From a virus, in IMG/VR virus record IMGVR_UViG_3300003323_000567, positions 62,035 through 126,034 of that record: a stretch of DNA of 64,000 nt; one strand, 5' to 3'. Made by a program: the position numbers and the translations under genes. The notes under the pieces are model-generated. The model saw nothing but the letters and a program-made list of their open reading frames with translations. It was not told the origin of the DNA and made no database searches. This document shows positions 20,076 through 25,780 of the stretch, in pieces. The first letter of the stretch is position 1; the number at the start of each line of letters is the position of its first letter.

Positions 20076-20480
20076 ATGAGTAAATTCACAGATGACTTTT
20101 TTGCCTTTCCTATTAAGGTGTATGATGGCTTCTCTCTGAAGAAGGCCATGGATGAAGAGGATAAGGTAGGGACTGAAGCTCCTGTGCCAATTGACTGGGT
20201 AGCTGGATGGGTGAGGATACCTGTAAAGGATTTACCTAAGATGATGTGGCATGAGGGCTTTTCCAGGGAGAGAAGTGTAAAGGATGTGGCTGAGGAAGGC
20301 TTTGATCTGACTATTGTTATTACTGATAGTTATGGAGAGTTTGTGAGTACATGGCCAAGGAAGAAGTTCGAAGCTAAGCTGGATGACTTCATGGCTAAGT
20401 ATCAGACCAGGGCAAAGGACTATCTATCAAGCCCGAACCCCCATATTCTCGTTCAATCTATATCCCCTGAGGGACAATAG
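20076..20480 (+). CDS. hypothetical protein
   Basis: Start MSKFTDD chosen downstream of the promoter (ORF track 20004..20480). Confidence 0.65.
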   Translation: MSKFTDDFFAFPIKVYDGFSLKKAMDEEDKVGTEAPVPIDWVAGWVRIPVKDLPKMMWHEGFSRERSVKDVAEEGFDLTIVITDSYGEFVSTWPRKKFEAKLDDFMAKYQTRAKDYLSSPNPHILVQSISPEGQ

Positions 20481-20490
20481 AGAAAATAAA

Positions 20491-20522
20491 TTTGGAGAAT
20501 TGAAATCTTGGATCTATATTTG
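20491..20522 (+). promoter_or_regulatory. promoter of tRNA operon 1
   Basis: TTTG(20491)-20 nt-TATATTTG(20515). Confidence 0.85.
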
Positions 20523-20549
20523 CAGGATAAAATCTAAACAAAGAAGAAA

Positions 20550-20630
20550 ATGTACTATTCAATAGTGGATAATGGGATCATGAGAGGCGCAGAGAAATCT
20601 GCTCCAGGGGTCTCTTTGTCTACTATGTAA
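20550..20630 (+). CDS. attenuator leader peptide 1 (MYYSIVDNGIMRGAEKSAPGVSLSTM)
   Basis: 26 aa uORF between promoter and terminator; codons 5-16 match the tRNAs of operon 1. Confidence 0.8.
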   Translation: MYYSIVDNGIMRGAEKSAPGVSLSTM

Positions 20631-20652
20631 TTGATAAACAAGTAGTTAACCA

Positions 20653-20695
20653 AGATCCCTGGAGCACCAAAGAGCTCTGGGGATTTTTGCTTTAT
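20653..20695 (+). terminator. intrinsic terminator/attenuator 1
   Basis: atccctggagc-loop-gctctggggat plus T-tract; 5' arm also complementary to 20600-20613. Confidence 0.85.
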
Positions 20696-20766
20696 GCCCT
20701 CATAGCTTAATGGTAGAGCTCGAACCTTTTAAGTTTGAGATCCAAGTTCGATCCTTGGTGGGGGTA
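20696..20766 (+). tRNA. tRNA-Lys(TTT)
   Basis: Cloverleaf GCCCTCA/TGGGGGT; loop CTTTTAA. Confidence 0.85.
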
Positions 20767-20775
20767 CAGAAATAT

Positions 20776-20846
20776 TCCCTTGTAGCTCTAAGGTAGAGTA
20801 GATGACTCTTAATCATCGGGCGAAGGTTCGATTCCTTCCAGGGGAA
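20776..20846 (+). tRNA. tRNA-Lys(CTT)
   Basis: TCCCTTG/CAGGGGA; GATGA-CTCTTAA-TCATC. Confidence 0.9.
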
Positions 20847-20847
20847 C

Positions 20848-21024
20848 ATGGCAACTAAAGATAAGAAAATCAGGAAGCTGAAGGACAGGATAGAGAAGAT
20901 GGAAGCAGATATGTATAAAGAGTTGAGACAAAAGACATCTTCAACTGCAGAGATCAGCGTACATAAGTATCAAGCCAGATTGGCTCAAATGCATCTGGAG
21001 CTTCGGGAACTCGAAAAGAAATAG
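20848..21024 (+). CDS. 58 aa coiled-coil protein inside tRNA operon 1
   Basis: MATKDKKIRKLKDRIEKMEADMYKELRQKTSSTAEISVHKYQARLAQMHLELRELEKK (manual translation). Confidence 0.6.
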   Translation: MATKDKKIRKLKDRIEKMEADMYKELRQKTSSTAEISVHKYQARLAQMHLELRELEKK

Positions 21025-21025
21025 T

Positions 21026-21232
21026 ATGAAGATTACGTTTCAAGAGATGGCTCTAAGGGGTAAAGAGATCTTGTCTAGGCAGGGGCCTGTTACATTAGAG
21101 CAGGCTAGGGAGCAAGTAGAAAGACTTAAGAAGAATTCAAAATGCTCCATAGCACAGGGGTTGAGTGCATCTGCCTTACAAGCAGTCGACCTTGGTTCGA
21201 GTCCAAGTGGAGCAACCCAAAAGGAGTTATAG
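21026..21232 (+). CDS. small protein whose frame runs through tRNA-Val
   Basis: ATG directly after the previous stop; first ~39 codons look like protein, the rest overlap the tRNA. Confidence 0.4.
   Translation: MKITFQEMALRGKEILSRQGPVTLEQAREQVERLKKNSKCSIAQGLSASALQAVDLGSSPSGATQKEL
21143..21215 (+). tRNA. tRNA-Val(TAC)
   Basis: TGCTCCA/TGGAGCA; loop CTTACAA. Confidence 0.85.
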
Positions 21233-21294
21233 CTCAATGAATAGAGCCTCTGCCTTCTAAGCAGATTATCAAGGTTTGATTCCTTGTAACTCCT
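21223..21294 (+). tRNA. tRNA-Arg(TCT)
   Basis: GGAGTTA/TAACTCC; TCTGC-CTTCTAA-GCAGA. Confidence 0.9.
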
Positions 21295-21384
21295 CAGGTC
21301 TGTTTCCAGCTTCAGCGTGGAGTACAAAAGTTGGGGTTTTCAACTGCAGTGTATTACTTTCCATAAAGTGATCTCCTGCAGCCA

Positions 21385-21456
21385 GGACAGTTAGCTCAGA
21401 GGAAGAGCAAAGAGCTGTTAACTCTTAGGCCGGGATTTCGAAATTCCCACTGTCCT
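21385..21456 (+). tRNA. tRNA-Asn(GTT)
   Basis: GGACAGT/ACTGTCC; AAGAG-CTGTTAA-CTCTT. Confidence 0.9.
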
Positions 21457-21457
21457 C

Positions 21458-21745
21458 ATGAAAGAATATCTGTTGAGTATAGGTTTTGAACAGAAGTTAC
21501 CTTGGCAGTTTCACACTGATTCTTACATGGTAACTGAACTTGAAGAAGATTCCAACTCCATACCCCTCTGGAGCATCACAAATAAGAGGTATGATGAAAA
21601 AGTTTTCAGAGGAAGAATAAGGAGTGTTGAAGAGTTTAAGCAGATCTTTATGCTTGTGAAAGAGGATTATGACTTGACACAGGATGAAATAAGTTGGGCA
21701 ACAGCTATAAGAGGTAATGAAGAATTAAATAAGATTGCGGGGTAG
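21458..21745 (+). CDS. hypothetical protein inside tRNA operon 1
   Basis: 95 aa ORF filling the gap between tRNA-Asn and tRNA-Met. Confidence 0.65.
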   Translation: MKEYLLSIGFEQKLPWQFHTDSYMVTELEEDSNSIPLWSITNKRYDEKVFRGRIRSVEEFKQIFMLVKEDYDLTQDEISWATAIRGNEELNKIAG

Positions 21746-21809
21746 ACTGGAGAGGTGCCAGCTCAGTCTCATAAGCTGAATGACATGGGTTCGATTCCCA
21801 TCCCCGCAA
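21736..21809 (+). tRNA. tRNA-Met(CAT)
   Basis: TGCGGGG/CCCCGCA; TCAGT-CTCATAA-GCTGA. Confidence 0.8.
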
Positions 21810-21877
21810 CTAATCAGGTCTCCCACCCTGGTCCAGAGGGAGAGCAATGGGGCACTTGGGGACTGCCTACCTGATAT

Positions 21878-21948
21878 GCATCACAAGCATTGTGACGATG
21901 CTCCATCCTTCCAAGTTGGAGAGCAGGGTTTGATTCCCTGGTGGTGCT
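21878..21948 (+). tRNA. tRNA-Gly(TCC)
   Basis: GCATCAC/GTGGTGC; loop CTTCCAA; U73. Confidence 0.8.
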
Positions 21949-21949
21949 C

Positions 21950-22177
21950 ATGGATAAGAATGAAGTAAAGAAGAGATTATATAAGGAAAACCCAGGTGCA
22001 ATCTTACTGGAGGTAAGAGCAGATGGTATGTTATACCAAGCTCTCTTTAAAGGGGATGATGGGTTACCTGATATAAACCAAAAAGTAAAATTCCTTGTTC
22101 CCTTAGGGGAAATAGGAGAAGTAGTATGGAATAGGATAATGGATGCTAAATTATTAATAAGATGGTTACAAGATTAA
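21950..22177 (+). CDS. hypothetical protein inside tRNA operon 1
   Basis: MDKNEVKKRLYKENP...FLVPLGEIGE...MDAKLLIRWL. Confidence 0.65.
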   Translation: MDKNEVKKRLYKENPGAILLEVRADGMLYQALFKGDDGLPDINQKVKFLVPLGEIGEVVWNRIMDAKLLIRWLQD

Positions 22178-22195
22178 AAGAAGGTGAGGAGCTAT

Positions 22196-22268
22196 GCTCC
22201 CATCGTCTAATCGGTTAGGACGTTACTCTTTCAAGGTAAAAACGAGGGATCATAACCCTCTGGGAGTA
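22196..22268 (+). tRNA. tRNA-Glu(TTC)
   Basis: GCTCCCA/TGGGAGT; loop CTTTCAA; atypical T loop ATCATAA. Confidence 0.8.
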
Positions 22269-22366
22269 CAACATATTTAAGCTACATTGCGGACAAATGC
22301 TCTTAACTGAGCTGAGACCTGATAGGTTTCATACAGCAATTTGTCTGTCCGCCATGTGGCTAGTTC

Positions 22367-22436
22367 GAGGGTGTGGTGTAATGGTTGCATAACATCTTGT
22401 CACGGTGCAGGTTGGGGTTCGAGCCCCCCACTCTCG
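22367..22436 (+). tRNA. tRNA-Asp(GTC)
   Basis: GAGGGTG/CACTCTC; loop TTGTCAC; G73. Confidence 0.85.
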
Positions 22437-22444
22437 ACTTAAAT

Positions 22445-22520
22445 CGGCTCATAGTTTAAGAGGTCAAAACTCCCGACTCATAATCGGATGTTCCCAGATC
22501 ATGGCTGGGTGAGCCAACCA
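22445..22520 (+). tRNA. tRNA(CAT), probably Ile2 (lysidine type)
   Basis: CGGCTCA/TGAGCCA plus ACCA; anticodon arm CGA-CTCATAA-TCG as I recall for bacterial Ile2; ATA codon present in leader 1. The C1:A72 mismatch means an initiator identity cannot be excluded. Confidence 0.65.
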
Positions 22521-22602
22521 ATCTTGAGGGTGCATGTCCCTCAGGGACAACTAGAGGATAAAGTGGGGGAGGGTAAGAACCCCCTCTCCCCCTTTATCAA
22601 AT

Positions 22603-22674
22603 TGCCTGGTAACTCAGTGGTAGAGTGCCTCTCTGATACGGAGTGAGTGGATAGTTCGATTCTATCTCAGGCAA
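22603..22674 (+). tRNA. tRNA-Ile(GAT)
   Basis: TGCCTGG/TCAGGCA; loop CTGATAC. Confidence 0.85.
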
Positions 22675-22738
22675 CAGTAGGGACAGCTAAGTAACTGGAA
22701 GGGATGAAAGTTAGCCTTCGGGTTCTGTCCAAACACCA

Positions 22739-22812
22739 GGGGTTACATGTACCAAGGTTGGCGAGGGATCCTTGCAAGATCTCTGAGAAGAGTTCGATTC
22801 TCTTTAGCTCCA
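22739..22812 (+). tRNA. tRNA-Ala(TGC)
   Basis: GGGGTTA/TAGCTCC with G3:U70; loop CTTGCAA. Confidence 0.85.
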
Positions 22813-22820
22813 CAGATTTA

Positions 22821-22852
22821 TTTGGAAATCTCAAAAAGACTTCCTACATTTG
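22821..22852 (+). promoter_or_regulatory. promoter of tRNA operon 2
   Basis: TTTG(22821)-20 nt-TACATTTG(22845). Confidence 0.85.
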
Positions 22853-22859
22853 CAACATC

Positions 22860-22928
22860 ATGACAAAAGTATTATCATATTCCAGTCTATATCTCTTGAT
22901 CAAAGATCGAGCTGGGATGGTTATATAG
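22860..22928 (+). CDS. attenuator leader peptide 2 (MTKVLSYSSLYLLIKDRAGMVI)
   Basis: 22 aa uORF; codons 5-13 encode only Leu/Ser/Tyr, the amino acids of operon 2. Confidence 0.8.
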   Translation: MTKVLSYSSLYLLIKDRAGMVI

Positions 22929-22950
22929 TTTTTTTTGAAACCGTGGAGGT

Positions 22951-22986
22951 GCCCCAGCTTTTCTAGGCTGGGGTTTTTTGTTTTTA
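22951..22986 (+). terminator. intrinsic terminator/attenuator 2
   Basis: gccccagctt-ttct-aggctggggt plus T-tract; 5' arm complementary to 22909-22916. Confidence 0.85.
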
Positions 22987-22987
22987 T

Positions 22988-23060
22988 ACCTTGGTAGCCC
23001 AACGGAAGAGGCAGTAGTCTTAGGAACTACACAGTGTGGGTTCGAATCCCACCCTCGGTA
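22988..23060 (+). tRNA. tRNA-Leu(TAG), short variable arm
   Basis: GTAGT-CTTAGGA-ACTAC; T arm GTGGG-TTCGAAT-CCCAC; two acceptor mismatches. Confidence 0.75.
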
Positions 23061-23145
23061 CATGTTTATAATTTGTTTTGGAGAGTGTATGTGGCTAGTA
23101 GAGTTCAATGGACTGACTACTAATTGGTTATGCAGATTGGTATAA

Positions 23146-23220
23146 GTCCCTGTGATGTAATTAGGTAACCATACCAGACTTAAAATCTGGGTTTTGTAGG
23201 TTCAAGTCCTACCAGGGATA
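23146..23220 (+). tRNA. tRNA-Leu(TAA), short variable arm
   Basis: GTCCCTG/CAGGGAT; CCAGA-CTTAAAA-TCTGG. Confidence 0.85.
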
Positions 23221-23225
23221 CATAA

Positions 23226-23311
23226 GGAAGGTAGCACGGGATGCTCTGTAACTAGTCTTGAAAACTAGGCCAACGTGAAGAGCGTTGATGGTTGGACTCC
23301 ATTACCTTCCT
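23226..23311 (+). tRNA. tRNA-Ser(TGA)
   Basis: GGAAGGT/ACCTTCC; CTAGT-CTTGAAA-ACTAG; long variable arm CAACG/CGTTG. Confidence 0.8.
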
Positions 23312-23318
23312 CATATAA

Positions 23319-23402
23319 GGAGAGCAAACCTAAGAAGCCTTAGGAGCAGACTGCTAATCTGACTGTCCCTTAGGGGATGTGGATCGAGACCACTACTCTC
23401 CT
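23319..23402 (+). tRNA. tRNA-Ser(GCT)
   Basis: GGAGAG/CTCTCC; CAGA-CTGCTAA-TCTG; long variable arm. Confidence 0.8.
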
Positions 23403-23407
23403 CATAT

Positions 23408-23478
23408 TGAGTGGATGCCAGGGCAGCAGGCAATGTCTGTAAAACATAGGCACTAGGGTTCGAGTCCCTACCACTCAA
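23408..23478 (+). tRNA. tRNA-Tyr(GTA), short variable arm
   Basis: TGAGTGG/CCACTCA; ATGT-CTGTAAA-ACAT. Confidence 0.8.
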
Positions 23479-23484
23479 CTTTTA

Positions 23485-23516
23485 TTTGGTAGTCTCAAAT
23501 AACTACCATATATTTG
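23485..23516 (+). promoter_or_regulatory. promoter of tRNA operon 3
   Basis: TTTG(23485)-20 nt-TATATTTG(23509). Confidence 0.85.
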
Positions 23517-23520
23517 CATC

Positions 23521-23601
23521 ATGAATAAAGTATTTCGTCATACGTGGTTTACCTGTCAGCCTACTCAACCAGTGGGAAGGGGTGATGTCATGTATGATTA
23601 G
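23521..23601 (+). CDS. attenuator leader peptide 3 (MNKVFRHTWFTCQPTQPVGRGDVMYD)
   Basis: 26 aa uORF; codons 5-17 encode only F,R,H,T,W,C,Q,P, the amino acids of operon 3. Confidence 0.8.
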   Translation: MNKVFRHTWFTCQPTQPVGRGDVMYD

Positions 23602-23622
23602 AATATAAAGTTCTTGCATGCC

Positions 23623-23660
23623 AACCCCCTTTCTAACCAGATTGGGGGTTTTTCTTTTTA
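23623..23660 (+). terminator. intrinsic terminator/attenuator 3
   Basis: aaccccc...gggggtt plus T-tract; 5' arm complementary to 23573-23582. Confidence 0.8.
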
Positions 23661-23661
23661 T

Positions 23662-23733
23662 CTAGTTGTAGCCTAGAGGCCAGGCACTTGCTTTGGGAGC
23701 AAGATGACGCTAGTTCGATCCTAGCCAGCTAGA
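23662..23733 (+). tRNA. tRNA-Pro(TGG)
   Basis: CTAGTTG/CAGCTAG; CTTGC-TTTGGGA-GCAAG. Confidence 0.9.
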
Positions 23734-23738
23734 CATAC

Positions 23739-23812
23739 TCCAGATATGCTTTGATGGTGAAGCGCCTGTCTTGTAAACAGGAATAGAGAGTGTTCGAGTC
23801 ACTCATCTGGAT
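23739..23812 (+). tRNA. tRNA-Thr(TGT)
   Basis: TCCAGAT/ATCTGGA; CCTGT-CTTGTAA-ACAGG. Confidence 0.85.
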
Positions 23813-23817
23813 CATTT

Positions 23818-23890
23818 GGTGCTCAAGCAATTGTGGTCAATGCACCTGTCTGAAGAGCAGGCAAACTCAGTTCGATCCTGAGGGGTACCA
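23818..23890 (+). tRNA. tRNA-Phe(GAA)
   Basis: GGTGCTC/GGGTACC; CCTGT-CTGAAGA-GCAGG. Confidence 0.85.
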
Positions 23891-23897
23891 CTTATAA

Positions 23898-23969
23898 TGC
23901 CCTTTAGCACAATGGTAGTGCGTGAGTCTTTGGTCCTCATTATGTAAGGTTCGATTCCTACAGGGGCAT
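23898..23969 (+). tRNA. tRNA-Gln(TTG)
   Basis: TGCCCTT/AGGGGCA; loop CTTTGGT. Confidence 0.8.
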
Positions 23970-23971
23970 CT

Positions 23972-24044
23972 GTGGAGATACCAATTCGGTGAATGGGCTT
24001 GGCTGTGAACCAGGTAAGGCAGTTCGACTCTGCACTCCACCCCA
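23972..24044 (+). tRNA. tRNA-His(GTG)
   Basis: GTGGAG/CTCCAC, C73, CCA; CTTGG-CTGTGAA-CCAGG. Confidence 0.8.
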
Positions 24045-24115
24045 CTACCCTTCGTTCAAAGGAAGGACTTGAAGCTACGAACTTCAGGATATAGGTTCGA
24101 ATCCTATAGGGTAGT
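24045..24115 (+). tRNA. tRNA-Arg(ACG)
   Basis: CTACCCT/AGGGTAG; TGAAG-CTACGAA-CTTCA. Confidence 0.9.
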
Positions 24116-24118
24116 CAT

Positions 24119-24189
24119 ACATCTCTCAGGCCATGGGGGCCAAACAGTCTCCAAAACTGCAGGATAAGGTTCGATTCCTTAGAGGGGTG
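24119..24189 (+). tRNA. tRNA-Trp(CCA)
   Basis: CAGT-CTCCAAA-ACTG; T arm TAAGG-TTCGATT-CCTTA; 5' end uncertain by 2 nt. Confidence 0.8.
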
Positions 24190-24196
24190 CCGATAA

Positions 24197-24270
24197 GGCC
24201 AATTCGCCAAGTGGCAAGGCCGAGGCTTGCAAACCCTCTATCACCTGTTCGATTCAGGTATTGGCCTCCA
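24197..24270 (+). tRNA. tRNA-Cys(GCA)
   Basis: GGCCAAT/ATTGGCC, U73, CCA; loop TTGCAAA. Confidence 0.9.
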
Positions 24271-24305
24271 GGATCCTCTCTAATGAGAGGATTTTTGCTT
24301 TTTAT
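24271..24305 (+). terminator. terminator closing the tRNA array
   Basis: atcctctc-taat-gagaggat plus T-tract. Confidence 0.8.
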
Positions 24306-24377
24306 GGCATTAAGTCCCAGATACTTACATATTACTTCAAAAAAGGTCGTTAACTTTGTAAAAGAAAACCAAGCTAC

Positions 24378-24737
24378 ATGAAGGTAATTGTGCAGAAAAT
24401 ACGGAGAGAGGTAGCTTCTGACGTGGAAAAGGCAATAAGGTATTATTCTGTACTCCTTGCTCTGAATCAAGTTAAGCTTCCACAGAAGCAGCTATATCTA
24501 TTGGCATTCACTGCAGCCCGAGGGAGTATAACATCTCCTGCTGCAAGAAAGGAATTTGTAGAGATGTTTGATAGTTCCCTGGCATCTTTGGAGAACATGA
24601 AGCAAGAACTTGTTAAGTCTGGTTTTCTGGTCCAAACTGACATGAAGTATAGAGTTAATCCAAGCATTGCTCTGGATTTCTCAAAGGATATACAATTACA
24701 GATAAACCTAAAGGGAAGTGAAAAAGACCCAAGATAG
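24378..24737 (+). CDS. putative winged-HTH DNA-binding protein
   Basis: SLASLENMKQELVKSGFLVQ...YRVNP. Confidence 0.55.
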   Translation: MKVIVQKIRREVASDVEKAIRYYSVLLALNQVKLPQKQLYLLAFTAARGSITSPAARKEFVEMFDSSLASLENMKQELVKSGFLVQTDMKYRVNPSIALDFSKDIQLQINLKGSEKDPR

Positions 24738-25098
24738 TATAGCAACAGACAAGCTGAAAGCTGTATTAGTTACAAGGACTGCTATAAAGACTCTTGTTCC
24801 AGAAGACATAGTAGAGAAAGTTATAATGTTCCAGTTCAAGGATGCAAGAGATGCAATGACAGAACATGAGCAGGTGGAGATAACAGGCTTTGGAAAATTT
24901 ATGACCTCCCCTAATAAGCTCAAAAACCAAATACACAAACTGGAAGAGACACTCAAAAGCATGGAGGCAAAGTTCAGAGATAGGCCTAATGAAATCCCGG
25001 CAAGAAGATTAGCAGTCTGGGAAAAGCTCACAGAAGCCATAGAAGTTGAACTTGCTTGCCTAAAAACCAAAAAGGGGGGATATGAAAGTAAGCCTTAA
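24718..25098 (+). CDS. HU/IHF-like protein
   Basis: EKVIMFQF...EQVEITGFGKF. Confidence 0.6.
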   Translation: MKKTQDSIATDKLKAVLVTRTAIKTLVPEDIVEKVIMFQFKDARDAMTEHEQVEITGFGKFMTSPNKLKNQIHKLEETLKSMEAKFRDRPNEIPARRLAVWEKLTEAIEVELACLKTKKGGYESKP

Positions 25099-25402
25099 AG
25101 GAATATTGGAGGGAATATGGAACTCAGTATTCATAAAGAAAGAAATAGAAAAGATTGCCAAGGAGAGAGAGGATATCTGCAGAAATCATTGCCTCATGAA
25201 CTCCGATGCTCAGAAGGAAATGAACAACTATAAAACCTTCAGACCAGATTTCCATTGCACAGTCTGTGGATGCGACTTACATCTGAAGACCAGAGCCCTC
25301 TCTCAAGAATGCCCCTTAGGGAAATGGAAGGCCCAGATGTCACAGGAGGAGGAGCTTGAAGTAATTAAAAAGCTGGAAGATGAAGATAGCAAGACTAAGT
25401 AA
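25082..25402 (+). CDS. Zn-binding hypothetical protein
   Basis: ICRNHC...HCTVCGCDLHLKTR...CPLGKW. Confidence 0.65.
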   Translation: MKVSLKGILEGIWNSVFIKKEIEKIAKEREDICRNHCLMNSDAQKEMNNYKTFRPDFHCTVCGCDLHLKTRALSQECPLGKWKAQMSQEEELEVIKKLEDEDSKTK

Positions 25403-25568
25403 TGTTCCTATTAGAGACCTGCTGATAATCCTTACCAGACTGTCAATGCAGTATGATGCTGTAGATGTCATAATAGACATAGAAGGAAATAAGATCATCC
25501 TAGATCCTATAGATAGAATTCAGGATGATTCACAGATTACTGACGAAAATATTTATACACTTATTTAA
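25380..25568 (+). CDS. hypothetical protein
   Basis: 62 aa ORF in operon. Confidence 0.55.
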   Translation: MKIARLSNVPIRDLLIILTRLSMQYDAVDVIIDIEGNKIILDPIDRIQDDSQITDENIYTLI

Positions 25569-25583
25569 ACCAAAAACTACAAG

Positions 25584-25775
25584 ATGGGAGCACCAATCAA
25601 TTCATTCGAGATAGTCGAGTCAATCAGGTTCTTTGCACAACTAGTTGCAACAGAAGGAATAGACGACACTACAAAGTTCAAAGTAAACCAGTACATATCC
25701 AGATTGGTAGATGCACTAGAACCTAGTGTAGCCGACACTACAGCCAAAGCATCTGGTCTGACAATCGTAAACTAA
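25584..25775 (+). CDS. hypothetical protein
   Basis: 63 aa ORF in operon. Confidence 0.55.
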   Translation: MGAPINSFEIVESIRFFAQLVATEGIDDTTKFKVNQYISRLVDALEPSVADTTAKASGLTIVN

Positions 25776-25780
25776 AGAGT

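Noticed and set aside
22704-22928. 74 aa ORF from the ORF track
   Set aside because: Its 5' part overlaps tRNA-Ala and the promoter; only the last 22 codons (leader 2) are credible.
21297-23145. Theta (HDV-like) or hammerhead ribozymes next to tRNAs
   Set aside because: Could not fit the nested pseudoknot or the CUGANGA/GAAA core by eye; left as unclassified structured RNAs.
20520-23660. T-box riboswitches as the tRNA regulators
   Set aside because: The leaders are too short and lack T-box stem I and UGGNACC motifs; translated codon-matched uORFs explain them better.
21040-24470. ORFs 21040-21327, 21780-21968, 22887-23108, 23812-24045, 24126-24470 and 24133-24381
   Set aside because: Shadow frames across tRNA genes.
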